64,000 nt of DNA, from assembly GCA_963767155.1 (NCBI GenBank), contig CAVYCU010000002.1, positions 953,746-1,017,745 on the forward strand, written 5' to 3'. Of the stretch, positions 29,567 to 38,603 are shown in pieces. The stretch is from an uncultured Acidimicrobiaceae bacterium. GTDB taxonomy: Bacteria > Actinomycetota > Acidimicrobiia > Acidimicrobiales > RAAP-2. Position numbers and translations under genes: made by a program. Position 1 is the stretch's first letter; each line of letters starts with the position of its first letter. Below the pieces are notes generated by a model. That model was not told the DNA's origin and did no database searches. It saw only the letters and a list, made by a program, of their open reading frames with translations.

Positions 29567-30037
29567 CTACTCCGCAGAGGTGTTGCCGCCTTGGGCCACC
29601 CGTCGCAGCAGATTCGACACCCGCTGATGTGTCACGCCGAAGAGGTGGGCGATACTCGGAATGCTCTGACCTTCCGCACGTAGGGCGACCACGAGCGAAC
29701 GGCGAAGATAGCCGCTTGCCTCTGATTGACGCCGCAGAATTGTGCTCACGAGCTGCACGGTGCTCGGCTCATCCTCGTTGGCGAGGATGGCTTTCCAATC
29801 CTGCCCGTTCTCACGGGCCAGACGGACTTCGGCGATCCGCTGGAAAAGGACGCGCTCACGCTCGGCGTTCTCCTTCAGCACGGCATCCAGCTCACCCAGG
29901 GCCTTGAGGACCTCATCGGAATCTGTACCGCTCTCGCTGTGTACCGCCGTTGATGCATCCGCACCTGTCACAGAATTGCCGTTGTGGCTGAGTTCCCGTA
30001 CATCGGTTGCCAGCATGCATCCTCCATTCAGAATCAA
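29567..30037 (-). CDS. hypothetical DNA-binding protein with C-terminal helix-turn-helix
   Basis: 156-aa ORF. The C-terminus (AEGQSIPSIAHLFGVTHQRVSNLLRR) looks like a sigma-70 region-4/HTH. The N-part is acidic and helical. The start is uncertain. Confidence 0.45.
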   Translation of the reverse strand: MILNGGCMLATDVRELSHNGNSVTGADASTAVHSESGTDSDEVLKALGELDAVLKENAERERVLFQRIAEVRLARENGQDWKAILANEDEPSTVQLVSTILRRQSEASGYLRRSLVVALRAEGQSIPSIAHLFGVTHQRVSNLLRRVAQGGNTSAE

Positions 30038-30071
30038 TACTCCATTGGGGCGACCAACTTGGACGCTCTGA

Positions 30072-30097
30072 CTATTTTCTGGCTCTGCAGAAAATAG
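30072..30097. promoter_or_regulatory. AT-rich perfect 10-bp inverted repeat (candidate operator) in a divergent intergenic region
   Basis: ctattttctg-gctctg-cagaaaatag lies between the HTH gene (minus strand) and the acyl-CoA dehydrogenase pair (plus strand). Confidence 0.4.
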
Positions 30098-30290
30098 ACG
30101 TCAACAACCCGCAATTGGCGTCCCCCCGGCAATACCCCGATCGCAGGGGTTTCAATCCTCGGCCGACTCCGCCATCGGCGCATCCGTTGCGGCGGCGCCG
30201 CCGTTGTACACACGAAAACCCGGTTCTGCCAGCAAATATGATGCCGCAGTCCTGGCAATCCACCCGCCGGTGTGCCAGATTCGCAACAGC

Positions 30291-31433
30291 ATGGACGTGA
30301 CCTTCGGCGCGGCGCACGAGGCCTTTCGGCAGGCGGCGCGTGCATGGTTGGCGGCCCATGTCCCTTCGGAACCCCTGCCCCCGCTGGCCACGGCGGCGGG
30401 TTTCGAAGCCCATCGAGCCTGGCAGGCGACGATGTTCGCAGACAGGTGGTCCGCCGTGCACTGGCCTACGGAGTATGGCGGCCGGGGCCTCGGGATCATG
30501 GAATGGCTCGTCTTCGAAGAAGAGTACGAGCGGGCCGGCGGGCCCGCTCGCGTGGGAGAGGACGGCACCGTCCTACTGGCGCCGGCGCTGCTCGAGGTCG
30601 GCACCCTGGCCCAGAAGGAGCGCTTTCTCCCCGCGATCGCCGCCGGGCAGGAGATCTGGTGCCGGGCGTGGTCCGCCTCCGACCCGGGCGGTGTTCCGGC
30701 CGCGGGCCGCGCCACCCGCTCTCCCGTGGGGGAAGGCTGGCACTTGAACGGTCGGACGACCTTGGCCAAGGGCGGCTCGCACGCCCAATGGTGCTTCGGG
30801 ATGTTTCGCACCCACCCCGAAGCCGGGCGCGACCAGGCACTGACGACGTTCCTCGTTCCTCTGGGCTCTTCCGGGGTCACTTTGCGACCGCTCCGCCAGA
30901 TGGACGGCGGCCCGGCCTTCGCCGAAATCCTGTTCGAGGACGTCCAGGTACCCCATGCGCAGGTACTCGGTGCCGTGGGCACGGGCTGGTCGGTCGCCAT
31001 GTCCATGGCGGCCCACAAGGGGGGCCTCGGTTTGCGCAGCCCGGCGCGCGCTGTTGCGTCGGCAGCCCGACTCGTCCATCTGTTCGATCAACGTGGTGCC
31101 CCGGCCGCAGAGGCGGACGGAGTAGCCCGGGCTTACGTGGAGGCACAGGCCAACCAGCTGCACGCGTACTGGACAGCAAGCAAGGTGGCCCGGGGACAGT
31201 CGGCAGGTCCTGACGTGAGCTGCCACGAGCTTGTCGGCCCACCGACCGACGTCGCCATTTACGAGAGCGCCCTGGCCTTGCTGGGATCGGATGCCGAACT
31301 CCTCGAGGCAGGGTCTCCGGGCGCATGGGTGGACGGCTTCCTCGCCGCGCTCACCGGGCCTTTCGACGTCGTGACGAATCAGATGCAGCGGTCCATCGTG
31401 GCCGAACGTCTCCTCGGCCTCGGGGAAGGTTGA
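30291..31433 (+). CDS. acyl-CoA dehydrogenase family protein (divergent)
   Basis: ATG at 30291 (MDVTFGAAHEAFRQAARAWL..). The layout is ACAD N/M/C-like and the C-terminus (QMQRSIVAERLLGL) aligns with the usual (E)IQRxIIAExxLGL. Confidence 0.7.
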   Translation: MDVTFGAAHEAFRQAARAWLAAHVPSEPLPPLATAAGFEAHRAWQATMFADRWSAVHWPTEYGGRGLGIMEWLVFEEEYERAGGPARVGEDGTVLLAPALLEVGTLAQKERFLPAIAAGQEIWCRAWSASDPGGVPAAGRATRSPVGEGWHLNGRTTLAKGGSHAQWCFGMFRTHPEAGRDQALTTFLVPLGSSGVTLRPLRQMDGGPAFAEILFEDVQVPHAQVLGAVGTGWSVAMSMAAHKGGLGLRSPARAVASAARLVHLFDQRGAPAAEADGVARAYVEAQANQLHAYWTASKVARGQSAGPDVSCHELVGPPTDVAIYESALALLGSDAELLEAGSPGAWVDGFLAALTGPFDVVTNQMQRSIVAERLLGLGEG

Positions 31434-31435
31434 GC

Positions 31436-32545
31436 GTGGACTTCTCGTTCAGTGACGACCAACTTGCGCTGCGTCAGAACGTACGCCGGACACTCGGCCG
31501 CGTCTTCCCTCTTGCCGCTTTGCGCGCGCATGGCGAGGGAACGCCGACGCAACGATCGCTCATGGCGGCCGGGCGCTGGGCCGCGCTGGCTGCGGTAGGT
31601 GCACCCCGGATACTGGTACCCCAACCCGACGATGGACTCGGCCTGAGCGACGTCGATCTCGTGGGCGTCTTGGAAGAGGCGGGCTGGTCGGCGTTGCCTG
31701 AACCACTGCTCGAGACCGCCGGCCTCGCCGCGCCCCTCCTCGCCGCCCTCCTGCCCGCGCCGGCGGCGACTGACGCGTTGCGGGTCCTGCTGAAGGGCAC
31801 AACACCTTTCGCCGTAGGCGGCATCGATATCGGAGCGGCCGGTCCGTCGTCGCCCACCACGGTTTCCGCCGACGGCATGTTGCGCACGCCGCGTGTCGCA
31901 GGGGCACGCGACGCCGCCATCTTCCTCCTGGCGGTGCGCGACCCGGACTCGGGCTGGCAGTTGCACGCCGTCCCCTCCGCCGCCTGCACCATCCATGCGA
32001 CGCCCGCGCTCGATCAGACCCGTGACCTCGCTGTCGTGCATTGGCCACTGTCCGCGGAAACCCTGTTGGCCTACGGGGTGGCCGCCGAAGCCAGCGTTGG
32101 CCTTCTGGCGGACCGCGGCGCAGCCGGCTCTGCCGCATTGTTGAACGGCCTGGCCGACCGGATGATCATGTTGGTCGCGGACGGCGCCAGGGACCGCCAG
32201 CGGTCGGGCGAGCCCATCGGGAACTTCGAGGCCGTGAAGTTCCTCCTCGCCGACGCCCGGGTCAAGCTCGAATTGTCACGCCCAGCGTCCTATCGTGCGG
32301 CCTGGGCTCTCGCGACGGCACAGCCGACCGTCTCTCATGACGCGTCCATGGCCAAAGCACTGGCGTCGGACGTCGCCGACCATGCGGCGCGGGTGGCGCT
32401 CCAGGTCTGCGGCGCACTCGGATCCGCCGTGGAGTGGGATCTTCATTTCTTCGTAGAGCGGGCATGGGCTCTCTCCAAAACCTGGGGCGACGCCACTACG
32501 CACCGCCAGCTCGTCCTGGCCCAGGCCCGGCGGCGACGGACCTGA
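31436..32545 (+). CDS. acyl-CoA dehydrogenase family protein (divergent, second of a tandem pair)
   Basis: GTG at 31436, 2 nt after the upstream stop (VDFSFSDDQLALRQNVRRTL..). It has ACAD-like helices but weakly conserved FAD/substrate motifs. Confidence 0.65.
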   Translation: MDFSFSDDQLALRQNVRRTLGRVFPLAALRAHGEGTPTQRSLMAAGRWAALAAVGAPRILVPQPDDGLGLSDVDLVGVLEEAGWSALPEPLLETAGLAAPLLAALLPAPAATDALRVLLKGTTPFAVGGIDIGAAGPSSPTTVSADGMLRTPRVAGARDAAIFLLAVRDPDSGWQLHAVPSAACTIHATPALDQTRDLAVVHWPLSAETLLAYGVAAEASVGLLADRGAAGSAALLNGLADRMIMLVADGARDRQRSGEPIGNFEAVKFLLADARVKLELSRPASYRAAWALATAQPTVSHDASMAKALASDVADHAARVALQVCGALGSAVEWDLHFFVERAWALSKTWGDATTHRQLVLAQARRRRT

Positions 32546-32612
32546 ACTGGGCGGTCATGGCAATGTCCGATTTCCGCCAGTAATCGGCGCCACCCCGTGG
32601 CAGCATGCTGGG

Positions 32613-34169
32613 GTGATCGAAGATCCGGAACGCTGTTACCAAGCCGCGCACAGCAAGGACGCCCGCTTCGACGGCGTGTTCTTCATCGGTGTCACGTCGA
32701 CGGGGATCTACTGCCGCCCCAGCTGTCCGGCGCGCACACCGAAACGTGAGAATGTCCGCTTTTACCCTTCAGCGGCCGCGGCGCAGCAGGCCGGCTTTCG
32801 TGCCTGTCTCCGCTGCCGGCCGGACGCCACCCCCGGCTCGCCGGAATGGAATACCCGGGCCGACGTCGTGGCGCGGGCCATGCGGCTCCTCCGGGACGGC
32901 ACCGTCGACCGGGAAGGTGTCGAGGGACTCGCCCGCCGACTCGGGTACAGCGTGCGGCAGGTGCACCGTCTGGTGACGGCGGAGGTCGGTACGGGACCGC
33001 TGGCCATCGCCCGGGCCCAGCGGGCACAGACGGCACGCATCCTGCTCGAGACGACCATGCTTCCTATCGCTCATGTCGCGTTCGCAGCAGGATTCTCCAG
33101 CATCCGCCAGTGCAACGAGACGCTGCAGCAGATCTTCGCCGATACACCCAGCGGACTGCGCAACCGCGTGTCCAGGGCGAACGTGCACCGGCGGGCGGAG
33201 CGAGGATCAGATGGTGGCACGCAGACAATCCGGTTGCGGCTGCCGTGTCGGCTCCCGTTCAGCCCGGCATCGGTGCTGGGCTTCCTCGGGACACGCGCCG
33301 TGGCCGGTACCGAAACGGTCGAGGGGTCCGTGTACCGCCGCAGCATGCGCCTCGCGCACGGCTACGCCGTCGTGGCGCTCACGGCGGCGAACCGTGGCGA
33401 CGACGGACCGATGTTCGTCGAGGCGGACCTCCACCTTTCGGACCTGCGCGACCTCACGTCCGCCGTCGCGCGCTGCCGCCAACTCCTGGACCTCGACGCG
33501 GACCCGGTGGCTATCGTCGAAGCACTCGAGCGGGACCGATACGTGGGTCCGCTGGTGTCGTCCCACCCGGGCCGGCGGGTCCCGGGTTCGGTCGACGGCT
33601 TCGAGCTCGCGGTACGCGCCATCATCGGACAACAGGTCTCCGTGGCCGGTGCGCGTACGATCGCCGGGCGGCTGGTCGCAGCGGCAGGCGACGCGCTCCC
33701 CGAACCCATAGAGGGGATCACCCATCTCTTTCCCACACCCGAAGCGCTGCTCGCGCTGTCGCATGAAAACCCTGCGCTCTTCACCATGCCCCAAGGACGC
33801 CGTCGCGCGCTGGTCGCACTGGCCCAAGCCGTCGTGGTCGGCGCCGTGGTCATCGACCCCGGGTCGGATCCTTCCGAGTTACGGGCCTCTTTGGTGGCCC
33901 TGCCGGGCATCGGGCCGTGGACCGCCGAGTATGTCGCCCTGCGCGCACTGCGCGATCCGGACGCGTTCATGCCGACCGACCTCGGTGTGCGCAGGGCAGC
34001 GCACGCGCTGGGAATCCCTGACGACCCGGCCCAACTGCTCCTGCACGCGGAAGCCTGGCGTCCGTGGCGCAGCTACGCCATGGTCCACATGTGGGCCATG
34101 GCCGAAGCACAAACGCCCTTGAAAGCACACAAGCCCTTGAAAGCACAGAGAGGACGTGACGCAGCATGA
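32613..34169 (+). CDS. alkA: Ada-type Zn/AraC regulatory domain fused to DNA-3-methyladenine glycosylase II (AlkA)
   Basis: 518-aa ORF with an Ada Zn-binding Cys cluster (CRPSCPAR..CLRC), an AraC-type HTH region and an HhH-GPD glycosylase region (LPGIGPWTAEYVALRAL). Confidence 0.85.
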   Translation: MIEDPERCYQAAHSKDARFDGVFFIGVTSTGIYCRPSCPARTPKRENVRFYPSAAAAQQAGFRACLRCRPDATPGSPEWNTRADVVARAMRLLRDGTVDREGVEGLARRLGYSVRQVHRLVTAEVGTGPLAIARAQRAQTARILLETTMLPIAHVAFAAGFSSIRQCNETLQQIFADTPSGLRNRVSRANVHRRAERGSDGGTQTIRLRLPCRLPFSPASVLGFLGTRAVAGTETVEGSVYRRSMRLAHGYAVVALTAANRGDDGPMFVEADLHLSDLRDLTSAVARCRQLLDLDADPVAIVEALERDRYVGPLVSSHPGRRVPGSVDGFELAVRAIIGQQVSVAGARTIAGRLVAAAGDALPEPIEGITHLFPTPEALLALSHENPALFTMPQGRRRALVALAQAVVVGAVVIDPGSDPSELRASLVALPGIGPWTAEYVALRALRDPDAFMPTDLGVRRAAHALGIPDDPAQLLLHAEAWRPWRSYAMVHMWAMAEAQTPLKAHKPLKAQRGRDAA

Positions 34170-34651
34170 CACCGCAGACCTACACCATGCCCGTGGAGAG
34201 CCCGGTGGGACGACTCGTCCTGGAAAGTGACGGGGTCGCCCTACTCGGGATCTGGCTGCCCCGGCTGCCCCAGCCAACGGGAGACTTCGAGGCCGGCGGG
34301 CACGACGCACCGCCGGTGGTGAAGGACGCCGCCAACCAGCTCGAGGAGTACTTCGCCGGGGAGCGGACGGCGTTCGATATCCCTATGGAGCCCGCCGGCA
34401 CAACGTTCCAAAAGCAGGTGTGGACCGAGCTCTCGAAGATCCCCTATGGCGAGACCATCACGTATGGCGAACTGGCGCGGCGGGTCGGGCGACCCAAGGG
34501 CCCCCGGGCCGTGGGGCAGGCAAACGGGAAGAATCCCCTCCCGATCATCGTGCCCTGCCACCGCGTCCTGGCGTCCAACGGGCTGGGCGGCTACGCGGGT
34601 GGGTTGGCCATGAAGCGGGCTCTGCTCGCCGTCGAGGGCGTGACCGGCTGA
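34166..34651 (+). CDS. ogt: methylated-DNA--protein-cysteine methyltransferase
   Basis: 161-aa ORF with the active-site IVPCHRV motif. It has a 4-nt ATGA overlap with the upstream gene. Confidence 0.9.
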   Translation: MTPQTYTMPVESPVGRLVLESDGVALLGIWLPRLPQPTGDFEAGGHDAPPVVKDAANQLEEYFAGERTAFDIPMEPAGTTFQKQVWTELSKIPYGETITYGELARRVGRPKGPRAVGQANGKNPLPIIVPCHRVLASNGLGGYAGGLAMKRALLAVEGVTG

Positions 34652-34720
34652 GGACTCGTAGGCCCCTCTGATTGCCGGCCGAGGCCAAAGTTCCGTGTCT
34701 CGCCCATAAGCTGGAGGGCG

Positions 34721-35368
34721 ATGTTTTTCACGGTCGCACTGGACGTTCTCATCGCTCTCTATATCCTCAGCCGGCAACGGAGGATCCGCGTCGTGCCCCG
34801 CGTGCTCAGCCTGCGTTTTCCCATTTTGGTGGGCGTCCTGGGGCTGATCAACCTCGTGAGCTTCAGCGACACGCACCACCCCTCACGGGGCAACTATTTC
34901 TGGGTCCTGGCCACGCTCGTGGTGGGCGCGCTGTTGTTGGGCGCCGTCCGGGCTCTCACCGTCAGGATCTGGACGTCCAATAGTTGGATCGTGCGCCAGG
35001 GCACGTGGCTCACGATGGCCTTGTGGGCACTCTCCCTGGTCTTGCACTTTGTCGCCGGCGCGGGTGCCGGCAATCTCGAAGCCTCCAGTTTCCTGCTGTA
35101 TCTCGGCGTGACCTACGGCGTACAGAACTACGTGGTCCATCGGCGCGCCATGCCCCTGTGGGAGGCGTTGGGTCCCGAGGCCGGACAGAGGCTGCACGTG
35201 AACTTCGGCCAGGGGCCGGGCGGTGCGGGTGCCTTTTTCGCCACCTTCCGCGGTGAGGGTCAGGGCTTCGGGCCGGGGTCCGGCCAGACGTACTCGCCGC
35301 AGAACGACCCGACCATCATCGACGTGGAAGTCGTCGAAGACGACGAGGAGCCGCCGCAGCTCCGTTGA
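34721..35368 (+). CDS. hypothetical membrane protein with Gly-rich acidic tail
   Basis: 215-aa ORF with about 4 hydrophobic segments and a C-terminal tail GQGPGGAGAFF..VEVVEDDEEPPQLR. Confidence 0.5.
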   Translation: MFFTVALDVLIALYILSRQRRIRVVPRVLSLRFPILVGVLGLINLVSFSDTHHPSRGNYFWVLATLVVGALLLGAVRALTVRIWTSNSWIVRQGTWLTMALWALSLVLHFVAGAGAGNLEASSFLLYLGVTYGVQNYVVHRRAMPLWEALGPEAGQRLHVNFGQGPGGAGAFFATFRGEGQGFGPGSGQTYSPQNDPTIIDVEVVEDDEEPPQLR

Positions 35369-35404
35369 CGTGCGCCGCTTCCCGCGCTCCTACACTCAGG
35401 CCTC

Positions 35405-36070
35405 ATGCCCACGCCCCGGAGATTCAGTCAAGTGCCGTACCAGGGACCGCCCGGCTCCACGGAGCTGTACCTGGTGCGCCACGGTGCGTCGGCCGATGCC
35501 ATCGAGGGGGAAGAATTCGAACTCGTCGAAGGCCAGGGCGATCCGCCCCTCTCGGCCATCGGGCGGGAACAGGCCGCATTGGTGTGCGAACGGTTGTCGC
35601 ACCTGACATTCGATGCGCTCTACGTCACGACGCTGCGGCGCACGGTGGAAACCGCCGCTCCACTCGTGCGGCTCACCGGCCTGATCCCGCGGGTGGAACC
35701 AGATCTGCGTGAGGTCTTCATGGGCCCCTGGGAAGGCGGCCAGTTCCGGCAGAAAGTGGCGGACGCCGACCCGGTGGCCGTGCGGATGCTGACCGAAGAG
35801 CGCTGGGACGTGGTGCCCGGCGCCGAGCCAAGTGCGGATTTCTCCGCGCGCATTCGCGGGGCGATCGAACGGATCGCCTCGGCGCATCCCGGCGCGCGGG
35901 TGGTCGCATTCTCCCATGGCGCAGCCATCGGTGAGGCTCTGGCACAGGCCACCGGTTCGCGGCCTTTTGCGTTCTTGCTGTCCGACAACACGGCGATCGC
36001 CCGGCTCGTTCTGACGCCGGAGCGATGGAACCTCCGCGGTTTCAACGACACGGCCCACCTTCCGTCGTAA
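35405..36070 (+). CDS. histidine phosphatase family protein (phosphoglycerate mutase-like)
   Basis: RHG motif (LYLVRHGAS) and a downstream His (AFSHGAAIG). Confidence 0.8.
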   Translation: MPTPRRFSQVPYQGPPGSTELYLVRHGASADAIEGEEFELVEGQGDPPLSAIGREQAALVCERLSHLTFDALYVTTLRRTVETAAPLVRLTGLIPRVEPDLREVFMGPWEGGQFRQKVADADPVAVRMLTEERWDVVPGAEPSADFSARIRGAIERIASAHPGARVVAFSHGAAIGEALAQATGSRPFAFLLSDNTAIARLVLTPERWNLRGFNDTAHLPS

Positions 36071-36087
36071 CGGGAGGGCACGCCGGG

Positions 36088-37974
36088 TCAGTTGTGTTCG
36101 GCGAGCTGCGGGAGACTCGAGGCGATGACATCGGTGATCTCACTGCCGACCAATTCGTCCCGCTCGAGGAGAGCGTCGCGCAGGGCTTCGACCACTGCCG
36201 CGTGCTCCGAGACGATGGCCATCGCCGCATCACGGGAGGACGTGAGCAGAGCGTCGAGCTCGGCTCTGGCGTTCTTGTCGGCGAGGACCTTCTCCACCAG
36301 GCCGCCGCTGAAGAGGCCGTTCCCGGCCGCCGCGATGGAGATCAACGACTCCCCCATGCCGCAGGCCCCGATCATCTGTGCACCCAACGTGGTCGCCGCG
36401 GACAGGTCGCCCGCCGGACCCGTCGACACTTCGTCGAACCACCGTTCCTCCGCCACGAGCCCACCCATGCTGATCTGCAACAAGACGTTCATCTCGTCAC
36501 GGCGCTGCGTGAACCGTTCCTCGGTGTCGGAGTGCTGCAACAGCCCCAGCGAGTCACGGCGCTTCACGATCGAGAGCACGTCCAACTGGCGGCTCCGTCC
36601 CAGGAAGTACGCGACGGTTGCGTGTCCCGCCTCGTGGGTGGCTACCCTCTCCCGCTCCTCGGGGGTGTAGATCGATGCGTCCGTCACGCCGAGCTCCACG
36701 AGCATTTTCGCCTCGGCCACGTCCGGCATCGTCATGGCGGTCCGGCCATGTGTCAGTGCGATCACCAACGCCTCGTCCAGCAGGCGTTCCAGGCCGGCAG
36801 GCGAATACCCCGACGTCATGCCCGCGACGCGATCGACCGCGTCGTGCTCGTCGAGATCATCGCCGTGTGCCTTCTTCCCGAGGTAATACGCCACAATGTC
36901 GGCCCGGGCCGAACGACCGGGAAGCCCGAAGTAGATGGACCGGTCGAAGCGCCCGGGACGGACCAGCGCGGGATCGAGATCATCCTTGCGGTTGGTGGCC
37001 CCGACGACCAACACATTCGCGGGCACGAGCGAACGCTTCTTGAGATGCATCCCTTCGGGAAGGTACCGGTTGAGGATCTCGATCCAGGCGTTCAGGATCC
37101 GTTGGCCACGCGAAGGCGTGTCGAAGGACTGCAACTGCACCAAAAGCTCGTTCACCACACCGGTGATGCCCTCGCTGGAGCCATTTCCCTGCCCACGACG
37201 TGAGCCTCCGATGGCATCGATCTCTTCGATGAAGCCGATGGCGCCGCCTTCGGTCTGCGCGTACTTGCGCAGACGTTTGAAGAAGGACCGGATCTTCCGA
37301 TTGGTCTGCCCGAAGTACATGGATTGGAAAGCCGAAGCCGAAACGAACAGGAACGGCACCTGGGCCTCTTTGGCCATGGCTTTGGCGACGAACGTCTTCC
37401 CTGTGCCCGGAGGTCCTTCGAAGAGAACGCCCCTTCGTGACGAACCACCCATTGCGTCGCGAAATGTCTGATGGGAGAGAAAGAGGTTGACCGACCGGAC
37501 GACTTCGGCCTTAATCCCGTCGATCCCCACGACGTCGTCGAGTCCGACCTCGGTCTCGCCGGGCCGGATAAGAACGTGGGGGGAGCGGCCGGCCCCGACG
37601 AACGGGGCGATCATGACGACCCCGAGCAGGACGATGATGGCCAGCGCAGGAAGCCAGCGGTCCAGTGACGAAGGGACGGATAACGAAGGAAAGAGCCCGT
37701 GTCCGGTGATCAGGCGCAGCACCATCCATCCCAGAACGACGCAGAGCACGGCGAGCAGGCGGCGCAGCCGCTTTTCACGCCGACGATCCTGTGCCCGCGA
37801 AACATCCGCATTGGCCAGGATGGAACCTCCGACGGCCCCCACCAGGGCATGGGCCGATATCGTCTCACCTGATTGACCGCGGCCCGCACTAGCGCCACGC
37901 TCACCCGCGCTCGGGCTGCCCCGAAATCTCTGGTCTTCCCTCATGTCATGGAGGTTAGTGACGAGATTCGCCAC
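36088..37974 (-). CDS. FtsH-like AAA+ zinc metalloprotease paralogue
   Basis: 628-aa ORF with two N-terminal TM helices, Walker A (GPPGTGKT), Walker B-like (GFIEEIDAIG), a second region of homology (PALVRPGRFDR) and the M41 zinc motif HEAGHA. Confidence 0.8.
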   Translation of the reverse strand: MANLVTNLHDMREDQRFRGSPSAGERGASAGRGQSGETISAHALVGAVGGSILANADVSRAQDRRREKRLRRLLAVLCVVLGWMVLRLITGHGLFPSLSVPSSLDRWLPALAIIVLLGVVMIAPFVGAGRSPHVLIRPGETEVGLDDVVGIDGIKAEVVRSVNLFLSHQTFRDAMGGSSRRGVLFEGPPGTGKTFVAKAMAKEAQVPFLFVSASAFQSMYFGQTNRKIRSFFKRLRKYAQTEGGAIGFIEEIDAIGGSRRGQGNGSSEGITGVVNELLVQLQSFDTPSRGQRILNAWIEILNRYLPEGMHLKKRSLVPANVLVVGATNRKDDLDPALVRPGRFDRSIYFGLPGRSARADIVAYYLGKKAHGDDLDEHDAVDRVAGMTSGYSPAGLERLLDEALVIALTHGRTAMTMPDVAEAKMLVELGVTDASIYTPEERERVATHEAGHATVAYFLGRSRQLDVLSIVKRRDSLGLLQHSDTEERFTQRRDEMNVLLQISMGGLVAEERWFDEVSTGPAGDLSAATTLGAQMIGACGMGESLISIAAAGNGLFSGGLVEKVLADKNARAELDALLTSSRDAAMAIVSEHAAVVEALRDALLERDELVGSEITDVIASSLPQLAEHN

Positions 37975-38001
37975 GGACGAGGGGCGAAAGACCCTAATTT
38001 T

Positions 38002-38529
38002 TCAGGCTCTCTCTGCCTTTTTCGGGTGCTCGTTGCCTTTGTATCCTGCGAATTCATCGGTCGCACGTACCCACACCGGAAGAAAAACCTCCGTGCCGTC
38101 CGAGCCCCGGCGCCGACTGAATGCGACGCGCACGGGTTCACCGATGATGATCGTGGCCGGATCGATCCCGTTGATGGCGCCGTCCGGCCCGGTGACCAGA
38201 TTCCCCACCATGCGCAACCCGGCACCCTCGTCCAACGTCACAGTGATCACCGGGTACGGGGAAAACGGCGCGTAGGCGGGCAGGAGCGGTAGGTGACAGA
38301 CCACGAACGACCAGATCGTTCCGGTGCCTGACGCCAGCTGCCAGTGGCGCGCCGTCGATTGACAGTGTGGGCACATGACCCGCGGCGGAAACCGCAGGAC
38401 CCCGCACGAGCCGCACGCCTGAAGGCGCAGCTCCCCCCGCGCGGTGCCCTGCCAGAATCCTTCCGACTCCTCGTCGACACGCGGCAGGAGGAAATCCTCC
38501 GCACCGATCGGCACCGCCCCTGTCGCCAT
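38002..38529 (-). CDS. Zn-ribbon OB-fold protein (DUF35 family)
   Basis: ATG at comp(38527..38529). A rubredoxin-like CGSCGVLRFPPRVMCPHC is followed by an OB-fold-like C-terminus. Confidence 0.75.
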   Translation of the reverse strand: MATGAVPIGAEDFLLPRVDEESEGFWQGTARGELRLQACGSCGVLRFPPRVMCPHCQSTARHWQLASGTGTIWSFVVCHLPLLPAYAPFSPYPVITVTLDEGAGLRMVGNLVTGPDGAINGIDPATIIIGEPVRVAFSRRRGSDGTEVFLPVWVRATDEFAGYKGNEHPKKAERA

Positions 38530-38603
38530 TTCTCCAGTCTGGTGCGCCGCGTCGAGACACGTCGACACCGCCTTGCTGGCGGGGTCCGGTCCCGAGCACC
38601 AAG

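Noticed and set aside
34116-34147. 18-bp tandem duplication (cccttgaaagcaca..) at the 3' end of the ada/alkA gene
   Set aside because: It is in frame and simply duplicates PLKA(H/Q) in the unstructured C-terminal tail just before the ogt start. I see no indication of function beyond a small slippage event.
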